A stretch of 62,142 nt of DNA, the filler included, from Choristocarpus tenellus KU-1152 (taxonomy: Eukaryota > Protista > Phaeophyceae), in assembly GCA_964200185.2 (NCBI GenBank). It is 9 parts of 9 records of this genome, joined end to end, with 100 filler letters (N's around TTAATTAATTAA, not from the genome) between each part and the next. Parts side by side here need not be neighbours in the genome. Positions count along the whole stretch, not along the records: positions 33,601 to 57,343 come from CAXNAD020000236.1; positions 57,444 to 62,142 come from CAXNAD020013418.1; 7 more parts are not named here. The stretch is one strand, 5' to 3'. Made by a program: the position numbers and the translations under genes. The notes under the pieces were generated by a model that made no database searches, had not been told where the DNA came from, and was given only the letters and a program-made list of their open reading frames with translations. Position 1 is the stretch's first letter. Every line of letters starts with the position of its first letter. Below, in pieces: positions 49,937 through 62,142 of this stretch.

Positions 49937-52803
49937 GTACTTGGATTCGTGGCTCCCTTCCCTTTGCTGCCAATGACCCATGGAATGGTGAAATCAACAG
50001 GACGGATGGGTGCACCCAAGTTGGAGGGCACTGAGGTCCGAGTATCTTCCCGAAACGCTAGAGGCCTGGTGATGCAGGCTCAAGTCGCAGAGCTGACTCC
50101 TCGGAGGGAGCAGTTCTTCCGCATGGTGTCGCAGGGTTTAGAAGTGGGCTTTGAGAATGAGGACGTATCTCGGGTCGAAGACTTTGTTCGGTACTGTCGA
50201 GGGGTAAGGTCATCGTTAGATCAAGTTGGTAATTGGAATCCTGATCATTTGTCCTGCTTCCATGGTTGCTAGAAATACCAAGTACTCTATACCTCATTGT
50301 GTAGGCTTGCACGAAGTGGTACATGTCCAGTTCCTTTTCCCAATAATATGCTTAATACGCTCATCAAATATCCGCAAGGACCAACTGAGGGACCATTTGT
50401 ACATTGGAATATGCTCTTTCTACTGGTTGATGCTCAAGTTTGTTGCGATCTCTTCCCCTTTACCTTGGAGCCTCTCAGGAGCTGCAGCCAGAAGTCCTGG
50501 AAACCCTACACCAACCCTGCGAGGAGTATGTGAAGGGAATGAGGGCAAAACCCTGGTGGAATGCAGAAGAATTTCCGTGGGTGAAAAAGTGTGTAGATAT
50601 CCTCAAGTAAATTCTCTTATAAGCTTTGTCTGTTGGTAACTTGACATGAGCTTACCCATTGATTCTTCTACCTACTCCCATATATGATGCAGCGGTTTTG
50701 AGGATGTTGGACGCAATCACTCCTTCCGTCCATGTTGACCTCAAAGCATTTCTCATCCCCACATGTGTGCACTCACCCACACCCTTGTCTAGGCTTGAGG
50801 CGGAGTCGCACATCATATTGGATGAGTTTAATGCCTTCATGGATAACCCCTTGTCCAGTTTTGCACGGGACTCAGCATACAGCGAAATCATGGGGGCTGG
50901 TTGGAGTGGTGTTCGCCTTCAGCGCCTGGGAAAGTGGATACCGGAAAATTGCTCAAAATTCCCGAAGAGTGTGCAGGTTAGCTATGGTGTGTACTCAATG
51001 ACATGGATTAGATATAACCTGGCATACCTAACATCTCTTCACTCCTCCATCCTTTATTCTCACTCTCCTGCCTCTATCCTAATCTTCTAATCCCTCCACA
51101 CCTCCTGCCCCCACAGCTGCTCAGGAACCTTGATATCCCCATTGCAGTGAGAGGGGTCATGTTTGCTAGACAGGTGCCAGGGACAGGAGTTTCTCCACAC
51201 TCTGATGGTCGCAATTTCATCTTGACAGCCCACCTTGGTAAGATCGGGAGGGATATTAATGTTGTTGTACTCAAGAGAAGTGCTTGGGAGTAGTTGCTAC
51301 TGGGCATAGCCTCAACTTATCACCAACATAGGGGGTGGTTGTTGAGATATCTCTCAATGACAGGAAGATGGGATGGGATAGTTTCTCCAGGAAGGTGTGT
51401 ACTTTATCCAAACATGTCTCCAATGCAGGTGTTCAGCCTTGTTCTTATGACATGCTAAAGGTGGATATTAAGTGTTCACTGTTAGCTAGAATGCTGATAA
51501 GGAATCATTCTGACACATGAGATGCCAACTTTCAATGTTGTTTGTCATTTTTTCCTCGAAGGATTGTCTTTTCAGGCTAGGAAACAATGTTTCTTAGAGT
51601 GACAGCTGTACGTTGTATCGTGACTTTGAATGTCAGGATATTAAGATACGACCATACCATTAAGGCAGTAGTCTTATGCAGATACTACTGTACCACCAAG
51701 ACACATTTGCATGAGACTACTGCCTTGGTGGAATATATGCATCCCAACATCTTGAATAGCGAACCAAACAAAAATGGTCCGATGAACCGAGTGAGCCCAT
51801 CCTATTGGAGAAAAAAATGAGGCATTGATGTACTCCTGTACCAAGCATATCCTTCCTCAGATTGCCCATAGTACTAGTAGTAAGTGGAGGGATAGAGCAG
51901 GGCATGAGGAACACCTTTGCTGGAAGAACTACTCTGTACTTTTAAATATCATACCCTGTGATAGGATCTGGTGTAGTCAAGAGTAGTAACAACACATTGT
52001 TGCCAAATTCAGAAATATGTCACTATTTTCAACCCATTCATTTACTCCAGTCAATGCATATGGGACGATATCCCATACATCTGACTGCCTGTGACATGGA
52101 ATGTACATGTGCACATCTGTCGCTTGTGCTTATGTGGCATGGCACCCTCTGATGGCTGCCAGGGGTAAGGATTCCCAAGGACTGCTGGATGAGGGTAGGG
52201 GAGGAAAAGCGAACGTGGGAAGAGGGGAAGTGTCTCATCTTGGACACAAGCTTTGAGCATGAAACAGGCAACATGTCGAACCAAGACAGGATTGTGATGA
52301 TTATTGACTACTGGCATCCAGGTGCGTTAGTACTTTACAGTTGGAGTTGGAGTTAATTTGAGAGGTGAGTGAGCTTGGTCTGTGGTGGAAGCCATACATT
52401 GACTTTGCTTGACAAAGTGTTGTGCAGGCTGTGGGTAGAGGTATTAAGCACAGTGACAAGCTTTGGTGGCCATTTTGAAGACATAGAGTCAGGCAGACCT
52501 GCAGCCCACCGCTTTTATCAGGGGGCAAAGGAATATGAGTGCAGTACCACAGCTTCAAGATATACTTCAGCACTATGTTGATAGTCCTATGTCTATCCTA
52601 CTGACCCATGTGTTTGTCCCTCTGCACCCTTCTGTGGACTCATACTATGGGCAGACCTCACCCGTGCAGAACAGGATGCGCTGGCCTTTGTGTATGACCT
52701 TCGAAACTGCTTTGAATCTGGAGAGATACCTCTGGACAAAACCTCGGAGGAGGAAGGGGGAGGGGTATTCGGAGCACTGAAGAAGGCCTTTGGAGTTAAT
52801 TAA
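49937..52803 (+). CDS. Aspartyl/asparaginyl beta-hydroxylase-family 2OG-Fe(II) dioxygenase (5' end uncertain)
   Basis: Exons 49937-50203, 50479-50588, 50793-50976, 51117-51237, 52163-52321 and 52655-52803 splice in frame. Motifs HQPCEEYVKGMRAKPWW, NCSKFPKS, PGTGVSPHSD..NFILTAHLG, RVGEEKRTWEEGK..ILDTSFEHE and IIDYWHPDL give the HxD...H iron ligands. Confidence 0.93.
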
Positions 52804-53342
52804 CTGCAATATATATTTGTTAAAGCTTCCTCTATTACTGCACTTCTGTTGTGGTCAATTGCCTACTATTCAGTCTAAATAATGATCATGTCGTGTGGAA
52901 TATGGCTGCATCCCTGTAGGCTGCAACCCTCCTAACCCTTTTGTCACACCAGACACAACTCTCGTTAGTGTTCCGTCCATGTCAAACGCATGTTGATATG
53001 GATCGCACAAGAAGCAAATTCGTGTGGTAAACCCGATGTACTGATCAGTTTGTGCGAAGTCATGCATGCGAATCATTTCCATAGTCACTATCGCTGAAGA
53101 GATTGGCCACTAAGCACAGCTAAGTCTGACTCTTTATCTTAAGTAACTGAGTGAGGAAGTGGCAATGACTCCAAAGATTGTGCCAACGGGAGACATTGCA
53201 ATCCTTGCCAACTACCAATATAGCACATCCCGTTTGTGTTGTAACACAACCTCTTTTCGCCTCATCAACCGACTCTGGTGTCGCCTTCATCTACTACCAA
53301 CAAGTGGTCATGGAAAAAAGCGAACAAAGTCGGCGGCCATCG

Positions 53343-54039
53343 TTACCGATGTCCTAGGGTGTGCTCAGACAGTCTATCCAGCTCGATATTGACGTCCTGC
53401 TGAAGTTTTTCGGCCTTCTCAACCACCTTCGCGAGCTCGGCCCTCTTCTTTCTTCCCTCCATGTCCAAACGTGATAATTCCTTGAGAGTTAGCGCAGTGA
53501 TGGATTAGGTTGGTCTCCCAAAGTAATGTGGTTCCAAAACTTCCCTCAACCACGTAGGTTTTGAAACCAATCAAGGGTGGTCATCTCCTTTCAAGCGGGT
53601 GAATGAAGTGTTGCCAACCTACATACTCTAAAACTGTTGACTATGTTTCCTTACAACAGGATGGACCCATTTACAATGCTTTCCTCACGACTTGTATTGC
53701 ATGCTCAACTCGTCATCAATCTTTGTATCTCACCTCCATTTGCTGTTGTTCCGTGAGGTTTGCACCTGGTAGTGCATCGATGAGGCCATTAAGCTCATGC
53801 GCTTGACTAACTACTCCATCTGCCAGGGTCTTCACCTTTGCCATCCAGGCTCCGTCCACTTCTACAGGACTCCGCATCGCAGGCTCTACAACAGTAGTAC
53901 CAACATCCCCTCTGTTTTCACCTTCTACCTCCTTCACGTCCTCTGCAAATGGAATCAGGCGCAGAGCATCGAACATACTTAGAGCGAGTCGGTCGACAAA
54001 TTCCTGGATCGCGGTGACAGAGTCTCTGTCTTCCGCCAT
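53343..54039 (-). CDS. MED21: Mediator complex subunit 21 (SRB7), 2 exons
   Basis: Exons 54039-53734 and 53480-53343 give 147 aa: D.VT.IQ..VD.LA..MF ... LA..VV..A...LI..LPG...TE.QQ...L..L plus a C-terminal coiled coil, the Med21 pattern. Confidence 0.85.
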
Positions 54040-54241
54040 CAATCGATCTATGGTTCACTAAACTGAAGTTTGGGGGTGTCTCATTTCAATATTCCGCGTG
54101 TATAGCGCGCTTCTTTCCTCAAATACTTGATATACTTTTATCACAACCTTCACAACATCACCACCTACACCAAAGAAGTAACCTTCAACTTCACCAGGGA
54201 GGCCAGGTAGTAGGGGTATTCAGAGGTGAAACGTATGTAAG

Positions 54242-57042
54242 ATGGTGGCCTTATATCTTACAGGCTGGGCGGTAAGGGGAGCTCGACCATGCTTGGGGCG
54301 TTTCATCCTCTTCCTGATCACTTTCCTTGTTTGGGCTGAATTAGCACCTCCAATTCTTGCAGACTCGTGCGCATCTATGGTGGCATGTAACTCGTGCCGC
54401 AATGTGACAGGCTGCCACTGGTGCCCTGATCAAAAGTGCCATGCCATAGGGAGCAGATTCGGGTAAGAAGGGGTACATATTCATAATATTCAACTCTCCT
54501 CTCACCCCCAATAGATGCTTGTAGATGCGATGGGAGGGACGATGAAGACCACTTTCACCCTTGTCGGCACAACTTCCTTAATACCAACCGATGAAATTGT
54601 CGTATTTGAGGCAAGTTCCGATTTTCCCTCCTCCGATTTCCTCTTCGGCGCTCAATTAAGGTGCATTATTGGAACCTACTGCTACAACAACGACCAGGTA
54701 CGGCAGATTCACCTCGTCTCCTGCATATTCCCCTTTCCACCAGAAGAGAAGTTTTTCAGTGCTTTCCAGTTGATGTAATGGGGTATGTGCTTGCGGTGTG
54801 TTCCACTGTCAGCAGAAATGTCTACGACCTGGAGCCTCATGTCCCTCATCTCGGTTGTTGCGATTCAGATTTTGTAAGTAATATATGCAGTTCTTTTCTT
54901 TGAAACGATGTGTTTTCCCATACCTGTGCTGTCCTTGATTTTCTGAGTCGACAATAAGGGATCCTCTTAGTGGCCCTGGTCCCCACCTAACCCCTGCTGT
55001 GCAACAATGCTTAGTACTCGATATAAGGTCATTGCACGTCTCACCCACGTCTCCTCCCCTGTCAGCCGCAAATCCCAAACCTCAAAGTAACTGCATGTGA
55101 AAATGACCCCTCCATTTATACAGTGTCAGCGCGAGGAACCTGAACACCGGGGCTATGCAGCCCCACCCTTAGCCGTTATACTTGGAGTCCTCCTCGTGGG
55201 TGGCACGGCTGTGACCTGCGGACTGGCCACAATAGCTTTAACCAGTGAATTTGCTAAGCAGTCTGCTACCCCTGCAGCAATACCTGCCTATGTCTCCCTC
55301 GCTGGTGATGCCGAGACTGGCTCTGCTTCGGAGAGTGAAGAAGATGATTTTGAGGGGAGAAGACCTAAGGAGGGTAGGTTGACGCAAGGGCAAGTTCTTG
55401 GACAGCACAGAATGCGCCATGCTTCACCGCATCCAACTTTTGCTGCGTCAACGAGTGTGGGTGGGGGGGCGCCTTCCCCCTTTTCCCGCAAGGTTCATTC
55501 CTTCGCAAAGATAGCGTGTGGGTGTTCTGTGGTAGGGGTTTTGCTGCTGTGCGCATCAGTGGTGACATTTTCGCCCCACGTACCGGGTGTAAATGTCTGC
55601 AACACACAGTTCGACTGGGTGAGTTCATTGCGTTGAATGCAGTTTCCTTGGCACGGTGCTTGTAACTGTAGACTGTTGTGGGTTATACATTTTTTAGGCA
55701 CTCCTTTTGAGTTACAACAACAGGAGTTACTATCTTAGGAAGAGTGTACCGTTCTCAAGATGACACCGAGCAGGTGTGTACGGCTTGGTTGTGTTCCTTT
55801 GTTGAAGATGTATGAGCGCCCTTTCTTTTTGGAAGCTCTACGAAGGTGTTGAAAATTTAATGGTGATACGCAAATGCTGCTTGTCTGTGGGAGACATGGC
55901 ACAGCTTAGGGGGCTCAAGTCAGCATTGTTGCACACCTTGGACAATTTATTCGCACTTTTTTGTAACACAGCGAACGTTTTGCTGAATGTTACAGACCTA
56001 ACGCATTATACATGAGTGTTATGAGGGCGTAACATGAATTGCATATGTTTTCATCTTGACTGTTACAAGAATTACACAACATTGATGTCATGTTGTCCAA
56101 GGTGTGCAAGGTTGCAGAGACTCGATTGCCCGTAAGAAAAGAGGAAGTCAAACTTAGTACAACGGAATATGTTTGATCAGACACACAAACCGCGCCCCTG
56201 GTTGTACTACCTATCTAGGGCTCTATCGTTAGCTCTCTCAAGCACGCTGGGGCCGAAGCTGATTTCCAGATCCTGGTGAGCGTGTACAACCCCAATGTGC
56301 TTGATGTGCTTGTGGAGAGCGGCACAGCTGTCCTCAACCACAAGCACAACGAGGTGAGTCCAATATTCCGTGCATTTGTATTGGTAGGGTTGGGTTCATG
56401 TGACGGTTGTTGCAAAGATCTTGTTCTTGTCATGCAGCTGCTACAAGCCACTTTTATGTTTATGTGGTGACTTTGTATTCACCACCCTGTTTTCATCTTA
56501 ACAGCAAGTGAGGGATGTCTCATCTTTTTGGTTCAATGGAGTCATTCCACTGACCAGAGGTGGAGATAAGGGGATCTTACATCTCGTTGGATTGATGCTT
56601 CTATGTGATAATGTTTCAACACACGCACCTTCTCCGCCCCTGCTTATTTCTGATGAAGGGACACTTTTTATGCCAAAGGTGTCAGCAAATTCTTTATTGA
56701 GTTAAGACACTTACGTGTGGGGATAGGATACAGTTGACAGGAGTGCTTTAAACCCCTTTAGCAGAATAACCCACTGGCTCCCCCTCCTACCCTTTTATCA
56801 TTTACCTGCCCTATGTTGCTCCAGATTTGTTTTGTTGTACTCTTTGACGATCTATGCATTGAATCTTTGCCTAACTTTGTTCTAACCCTGCCTGACTTCT
56901 GCCCCGGCTGCGAATGTCTCTGCTGCCCTGCTTTAGATTGGAACATTAGTGTTCGAACCCATTCTTCTTCAAGGAGGTTACGTAACTGACACCTTGCTCA
57001 CCATCACCATTGATGTCACCAAGTGGGATGACCTTGCACTAG
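54242..57042 (+). CDS. Membrane protein: signal peptide, PSI-like Cys-rich domain, two TM segments, LEA_2-like domain; 3'-partial
   Basis: Exons 54242-54462, 54661-54697, 55124-55618, 56219-56353 and 56937-57042 splice in frame. SCASMVACNSCRNVTGCHWC (PSI-like), two hydrophobic helices, then ILVSVYNPN..DV.VESG...L...EIG (LEA_2/WHy NPN motif). Confidence 0.8.
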
Positions 57043-59044
57043 GTGATTTTTTGTTGTGCTCATGACACCCCCATCCCTACACAAGGGCCCCTATACTCAT
57101 TTTTTCCCTGTGCAGAGATGATTGTGTTTTCACAATGAATGAACACACAAAATGTATTATTCTCTCTTGTGCAATTGTGCCTTCCCCTCCCCCCCCTTCC
57201 CCCTGTTGTAATCGCAATCTTTCGTCCTATCCGCCTGCCAGCTCATGACAACTTTCATTTGGCCACCTCTTTTTTTTTTTTCAGCTGTATTTTCATTGGT
57301 AGAAGTATCGATATTGAAAGGACCCACTGTGTATCTGTATTTTNNNNNNNNNNNNNNNNNNNNNNNNNNNNNNNNNNNNNNNNNNNNTTAATTAATTAAN
57401 NNNNNNNNNNNNNNNNNNNNNNNNNNNNNNNNNNNNNNNNNNNCTGCAGAAGGGCGTTGAAAGCCTGTGTCCAGATGTTCCTCCTCAACAACCTGTGAAC
57501 CCCCCCCCCCCACCGGACGAGAGGCATTTTCAAGAAAAAATATCATTTTCAAGAGAGAAGCTCAACATTGCTGTGTATGGGAGGGCGGTGGTCAATACAC
57601 TGAACTGAGTTGTGCGTTTGCCTATTTTGGGCAGAAGAGGTTAGTTGTTTTCTTTTTTTTAGAATTTAAGTTAAAAGTATACTCAAGATAATGTACTATA
57701 CAGAGGGAAAACATTGATTTTTTTCTTTTAAAATAATTATTTCACACGACTGTCAGTTTCTGATATCAACGACGGAAGGCGGAGAGAGAATCAAGATAAC
57801 TTGACCTCGCAACAATAAAGTATACCAACAATATATTATAGCTTCCCCCTTTTGCGCCCTGAAACAACTTTATCTCAAACATCATCTCGTGAACACAGTT
57901 TCTTTGCCAGACCAGCTTGGAATGACATTATGCACACCTATACCTTATATGCACACCTATACCTTCAAATTGTGCGTTGGGGGTTGTTTGACTCCGTCAC
58001 CAGTCCTACTCTTTCTCTTCTCCGTGGGGAAGTTCAGTCGATAGAACACGACCCCTTCGTCTGATTCGTCCCTGTAAGTGACCATTTAGGTTTTTTTTTT
58101 TTTAAAGGAAAAAGGTGGGTTAAGTGGATGGAGCAGTGGGGGAAGGGGGAGGGAGGGCGAGGGAAGTTTGTAGCGCGTGGTGGACCCGATGACAATCAAG
58201 GTACACACTTTGAATAGATCCAAGTACAGGGATATCATCCACAAATCGCAATTGGCAAAGGGTTCTAAGGGTCTAAGTATAGCACTATTTCCCACAGACA
58301 GTGTTGGCCACATGGTCAATCCCCCTCTCTCTTCCAACTTTTCAAAAAAAAAGAAAAGAAAAGAAAAGGAAGCCCCAGTCCAATATTGGTCGAGAATATA
58401 TTACTTCCTTGCCTGAGAGAGTAATAACATACCACTGCCCTCCGCACTAGGCCAACTGCTCTGATCTCTGATCTTTCAATGACAAGCTGGATGTAACAAA
58501 TGACTGCCGTGCACTGGGCTCTGTATACACATCAAAATATAACACGGCCAGAGGAGGAACAGTGCAGTATGTGGCGTGCCTATCGACCAAGTATAACAAA
58601 GTTTCAAGCACATATATCCCTTCAACACTAAAATATATGCAGGCCAACATCAACAGAAACGCCTTGCCATCAAAGAAACATCCTCAACCATCCTTCACAA
58701 AAATAATGAACCGGGATAGGCTAGCTACAGTGGGGTTTCTTATCCTACAATCAAGCTGCACACACACACACACACACACAAAAAGGCCCGAACAATTCCG
58801 TCACAGTTTGCTATCCCCCACGTTCCCACTCTTGCTCTTGTGATGAAATATTCTAGGCAAAGTAGCAGCACATACTTCTGAAAATGCACAAAAACAAGTG
58901 CCACTTGTGGAGTTCATACAATACACAATGGACATTTGAGCTTTGTGATACCTTTTTAGTCTGTGCAAGCAGTGATGTTCAAATTTTGATATTCATAGCA
59001 CTGCCAGTTCTTGTGAGTACCGACTGCAGCCAATAGAGCCTTAC

Positions 59045-60963
59045 CATGATATTTTTGGTGGAATGGCCAGGTCATCCACAGGGTTGCTCAAAGGAGCAGA
59101 TACCAAACCCTCTGGAAAGCTTTGTCGCTGGACAACACATTGGTTTAGAGAAAGACAGAAAAATGGCTATCAAGCTTCAGTAGAAACCGGGTGCATCAGC
59201 TAACGGTGCCACATCAAAACGGAATAAAAACAGTTAGCCTAGAGTAGAACAAGCCCTGGTATCAACCAAGGATGTTTTCTGAAAAATGTGACCCGGTGAG
59301 GTATCTTGAACACAAGTGCAGGTTGACACTCTAAGCTATTGGGGTGGGGAGAGGAGAGGTGGGTGTGGAAGGTGGAAACCTGTGACTTGCAAAGGCTGTT
59401 GATTGAGAAGCGAAAAGAGAATCACGATGATTCAAATATGAGCCTTCCGTGTCCCAGCATATGTTTTGTAATGCCTGAAAATGAGAGTACAGTGTCTTGT
59501 ATTGCACCCTTACCTTCTGCATTGAATCAAAGTTTGATCTCCACTTGGTAGTAGTGCTTGTTGATAGGTCAGTGCTGCTTGTTGTTGAGTCACTGATTGC
59601 TGTTTCGGAAGAACTCAGGCGAAACTCCCGCCTATTCCCCACCGCATCTGCCATCTTCCTGCCATCATTGATGTCCATAGCCTCGACAGGCAGGTCCGAC
59701 AGCCCGATACGACACAGACCAACAAGATCGTCGTGCTTAAATCTGTCGTAGTCGTGTACTTCAAGGTGTAGCTGCTGTGATTCTACGCTGTCCACACCGA
59801 AAACAAAGTGCTGGTTCCAGACTGGGTTGTTAGTGGTCATCTTGACCTTAGTCTCGTAGTTCTGATCGCCCAGTCGTAGCTTGACAAATGGGTCGTTTTT
59901 TCCGTTCAAATCCATGGAGCGGAGATCGGTGGCTCGCCTCACGATCACGTGTAGGTGGTATGGGCTGATCCGGAGCCTGTCGAAACGGTACAAGCTACTT
60001 CCGCCCCGGAACTCTCTCTTTGTCTGCTCCTTCCCAAAGAGACGACGGTCTCTGATCTTGCGGGTCACGCGACAAACGAATCCAGCATTCACTAGGCGCT
60101 GTCCTATCTGGTTTACGTAATCAGTGAACGGATATGATGAACCTTGATGTCACTGTAGGAGGAGGAAAACAATGAGAGCAGCAACAGGCACTCTGCATGC
60201 ACCGTGCCTTACCTGGATCGCACCGTCTAAGTCGGTGGCCCCACTTCTCGGATCTGCAATCAGCCATTCCACCGCATCCTTAGGCGTGGAGAAATGGATA
60301 GGCGATGTCCAGAATATATCGGGGTGATGGAGGCAGGGCGAGGACAGACCACAAGGCACTGAAGTTATGGATAACGCTAGTGGTCTCATGGAGGTGGAGG
60401 TCCAGTCCACAGAGGGGCAGCCGAAATGATGCTGTAATACTGGCTTCCCTCCCTCTGTCAGGGTAAGTATATACGCCAACCTACTAGTGCCCAACAACAC
60501 TGTTTTATACGATGGTCACATGGTGAATATTAAGGTGAACTTCAATCACGTTCACCCCCAGCCCATAGAGAGATGAGGCGTGACAATCAATACAATATGT
60601 GAATACACACACATATAAAAACGTATGTACCCATTGACAAAGTCTCCACTCTACGTACTTCTTCTGGCGCCGGTATATCCGAGGAGAAGGTCGTGACTAC
60701 AGAACATGAGATGTACTCAACCGGTTTGAGGCACGAACTTGAATTCACCTACCCTCCACTTCATAGAGAAGTTGGCCGAATTTCTTGAATCCAACAGCAT
60801 GTGTCCAACCACTTTTGACGAGAAGAAACTGACTCACCTGTCCCTTAAAAAGATTGTGGTAGGAGAGTCCAAGTCGGTGATACTTTCCAAGCTCAATACC
60901 CCCTACCATGCGGTACGCGAGGTCGCGAAGGAAGAACATGTCTTCGGTGGGGTCGTTAGACAT
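59045..60963 (-). CDS. DEP-domain plus C2-domain protein (further 3' exon(s) uncertain)
   Basis: Exons 60963-60838, 60278-60213, 60107-59514 and 59127-59045 splice to YHNLFKGQ-DAVEWLI...GAIQ-IGQRLVNAGFVCRV...FRGGSSLYRF (DEP), then LHVIVRRATDLRSMDLNGKNDPFV...NNPVWNQ...VHDYDRFKHDDLVG (C2). A possible last exon is 58579-58447. Confidence 0.88.
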
Positions 60964-61199
60964 TTTGGGTAACCAAGCGATCCCGATAAGGGGTCCAGAG
61001 CCTCTTCCCCTCGTACAGTTTGCAAACCCAAACTCCTTCCAGCGTTATCTCGGGTAAAATACCACTACAACTACTACTGTTACAGACAAAGAGATCACAT
61101 TGAGGACAACATATCGTCTAACGCTTACGTTTTATTTGGGCGAATTTTCAATTTCAGAGTGAACAAGCATCGTTGTACATCTCACCCACCCACCACCAA

Positions 61200-62142
61200 T
61201 CACAGACAAATACTATACTCAACAAAATGAAGGTAAAAACACCAAATTACTTGTGGAAGTACATGGAGGTATCTTATAGAAAATGTGTGGGGTGTATGGA
61301 GGAGGTACAGACTCGTTATATATGGGAAGATACCAACAGGAGGATTAGAGACCTTTACAAACGATGTAAGAGTTCCTTTATTGAACCATAAGATGAACAT
61401 AAGGGTCTGATTCTTTTGGACGGGCGATCTTCACCGCACCAAACACAACAATTGTGTAATATGGAACATAAACACTTCCCTACATTCGTCATACCATCAC
61501 GCATCAAAATCTTATTATGGAAACCGTACCTCATCATAGTCCGCAGGATTTTGGGAACGGGAAAGAGGTCGAAATTGCCGACGATCAATGAGTTTGTTGC
61601 CCCCACTGGTAGAAGCAAGGTATGAACAGGGTATTGCAGAGAAAGCAAGGAAGAAAGCAGAGAAGGCTCGAGAGAGGAGTAAGGACCGTGTCGGACCTCA
61701 CATAAAATCTGACGTGAGGCGTCAAAATTCCAGAACAGAGAGCTGACGGTGACCACCTTGAATAGGTGCTGATGACGGGAAATTCAAGTTACAGATAACT
61801 TCATTGTGGGGTATGCAACAATAACAGAAGCCCCAGAGCAAGTAAGGGCCACATTCTGAGAGAATGCACACAGTAGTGTAGGGGAGCAGCAGACCACCTA
61901 CCTGCTGATGGATGCAAACTCCTATACTGGAAGGACATGCGAGGGGGGGGAGATTACAATAACAGGATAGTTGGGTCAGGCGATCATGATGCCTTAAACA
62001 ACGATGGTTGAGCACCTCTTAATGTTCGCAGAGATAAAGAGAGTTGAACTTGACAACAAATTTCGACTGAATCCAAGCAAAAAGAGTTCTACAAGTCCTT
62101 AGCAGTTGATTCGCAAAATTGAGGATGGAGCGGGACTATGAG
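61200..62142 (+). mobile_element. Probable decayed pogo-like (DDE_1) transposase remnant
   Basis: GLILLDGRSSPH ... FVIPSRIKILLWKP resembles the pogo LL.LDGHSSH ... LPSHTS..LQP segment; many stops. Confidence 0.4.

Noticed and set aside
60745-60837. Continuation of the ORF past the donor (VSQFLLVKSGW...)
   Set aside because: The strong CAG|GTGAGT donor at 60838/60837 and the better DEP alignment after splicing indicate intron.

Overview
Eukaryotic genomic DNA from a photosynthetic stramenopile, most likely a brown alga or close relative. This is inferred from the intron-rich genes, an LHC/FCP precursor with a signal peptide and SAF motif, and TTAGGG telomere-type repeats. The window is nine sequence blocks joined by eight identical 100-nt artificial linkers (N44-TTAATTAATTAA-N44), so adjacency across a linker may not be real. 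About 4-41 kb is a transposon graveyard: two Copia remnants, a Gypsy remnant further right, RTE-, CRE- and RNase H-type LINE remnants, and a TIR-complete DD39D mariner. It also holds 11 copies of a ~260-bp MITE plus a second MITE family; the two share the terminus G(A/G)NNCAAAGTATCT, a subterminal GTCCATTTGGGG motif and 3-bp target-site duplications. Six host genes could be spliced by hand: a bZIP transcription factor (3'-partial), an LHC/fucoxanthin-chlorophyll protein, an Asp/Asn beta-hydroxylase-family dioxygenase, MED21, a PSI-TM-LEA_2-like membrane protein (3'-partial) and a DEP+C2 protein. The most notable items are the shared-terminus MITE system with no transposase in view, an ~835-bp spacer-less fold-back just upstream of the LHC gene, and the DEP-C2 and PSI-TM-LEA_2 architectures. 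All family calls come from motif recognition by eye; no database searches were run.
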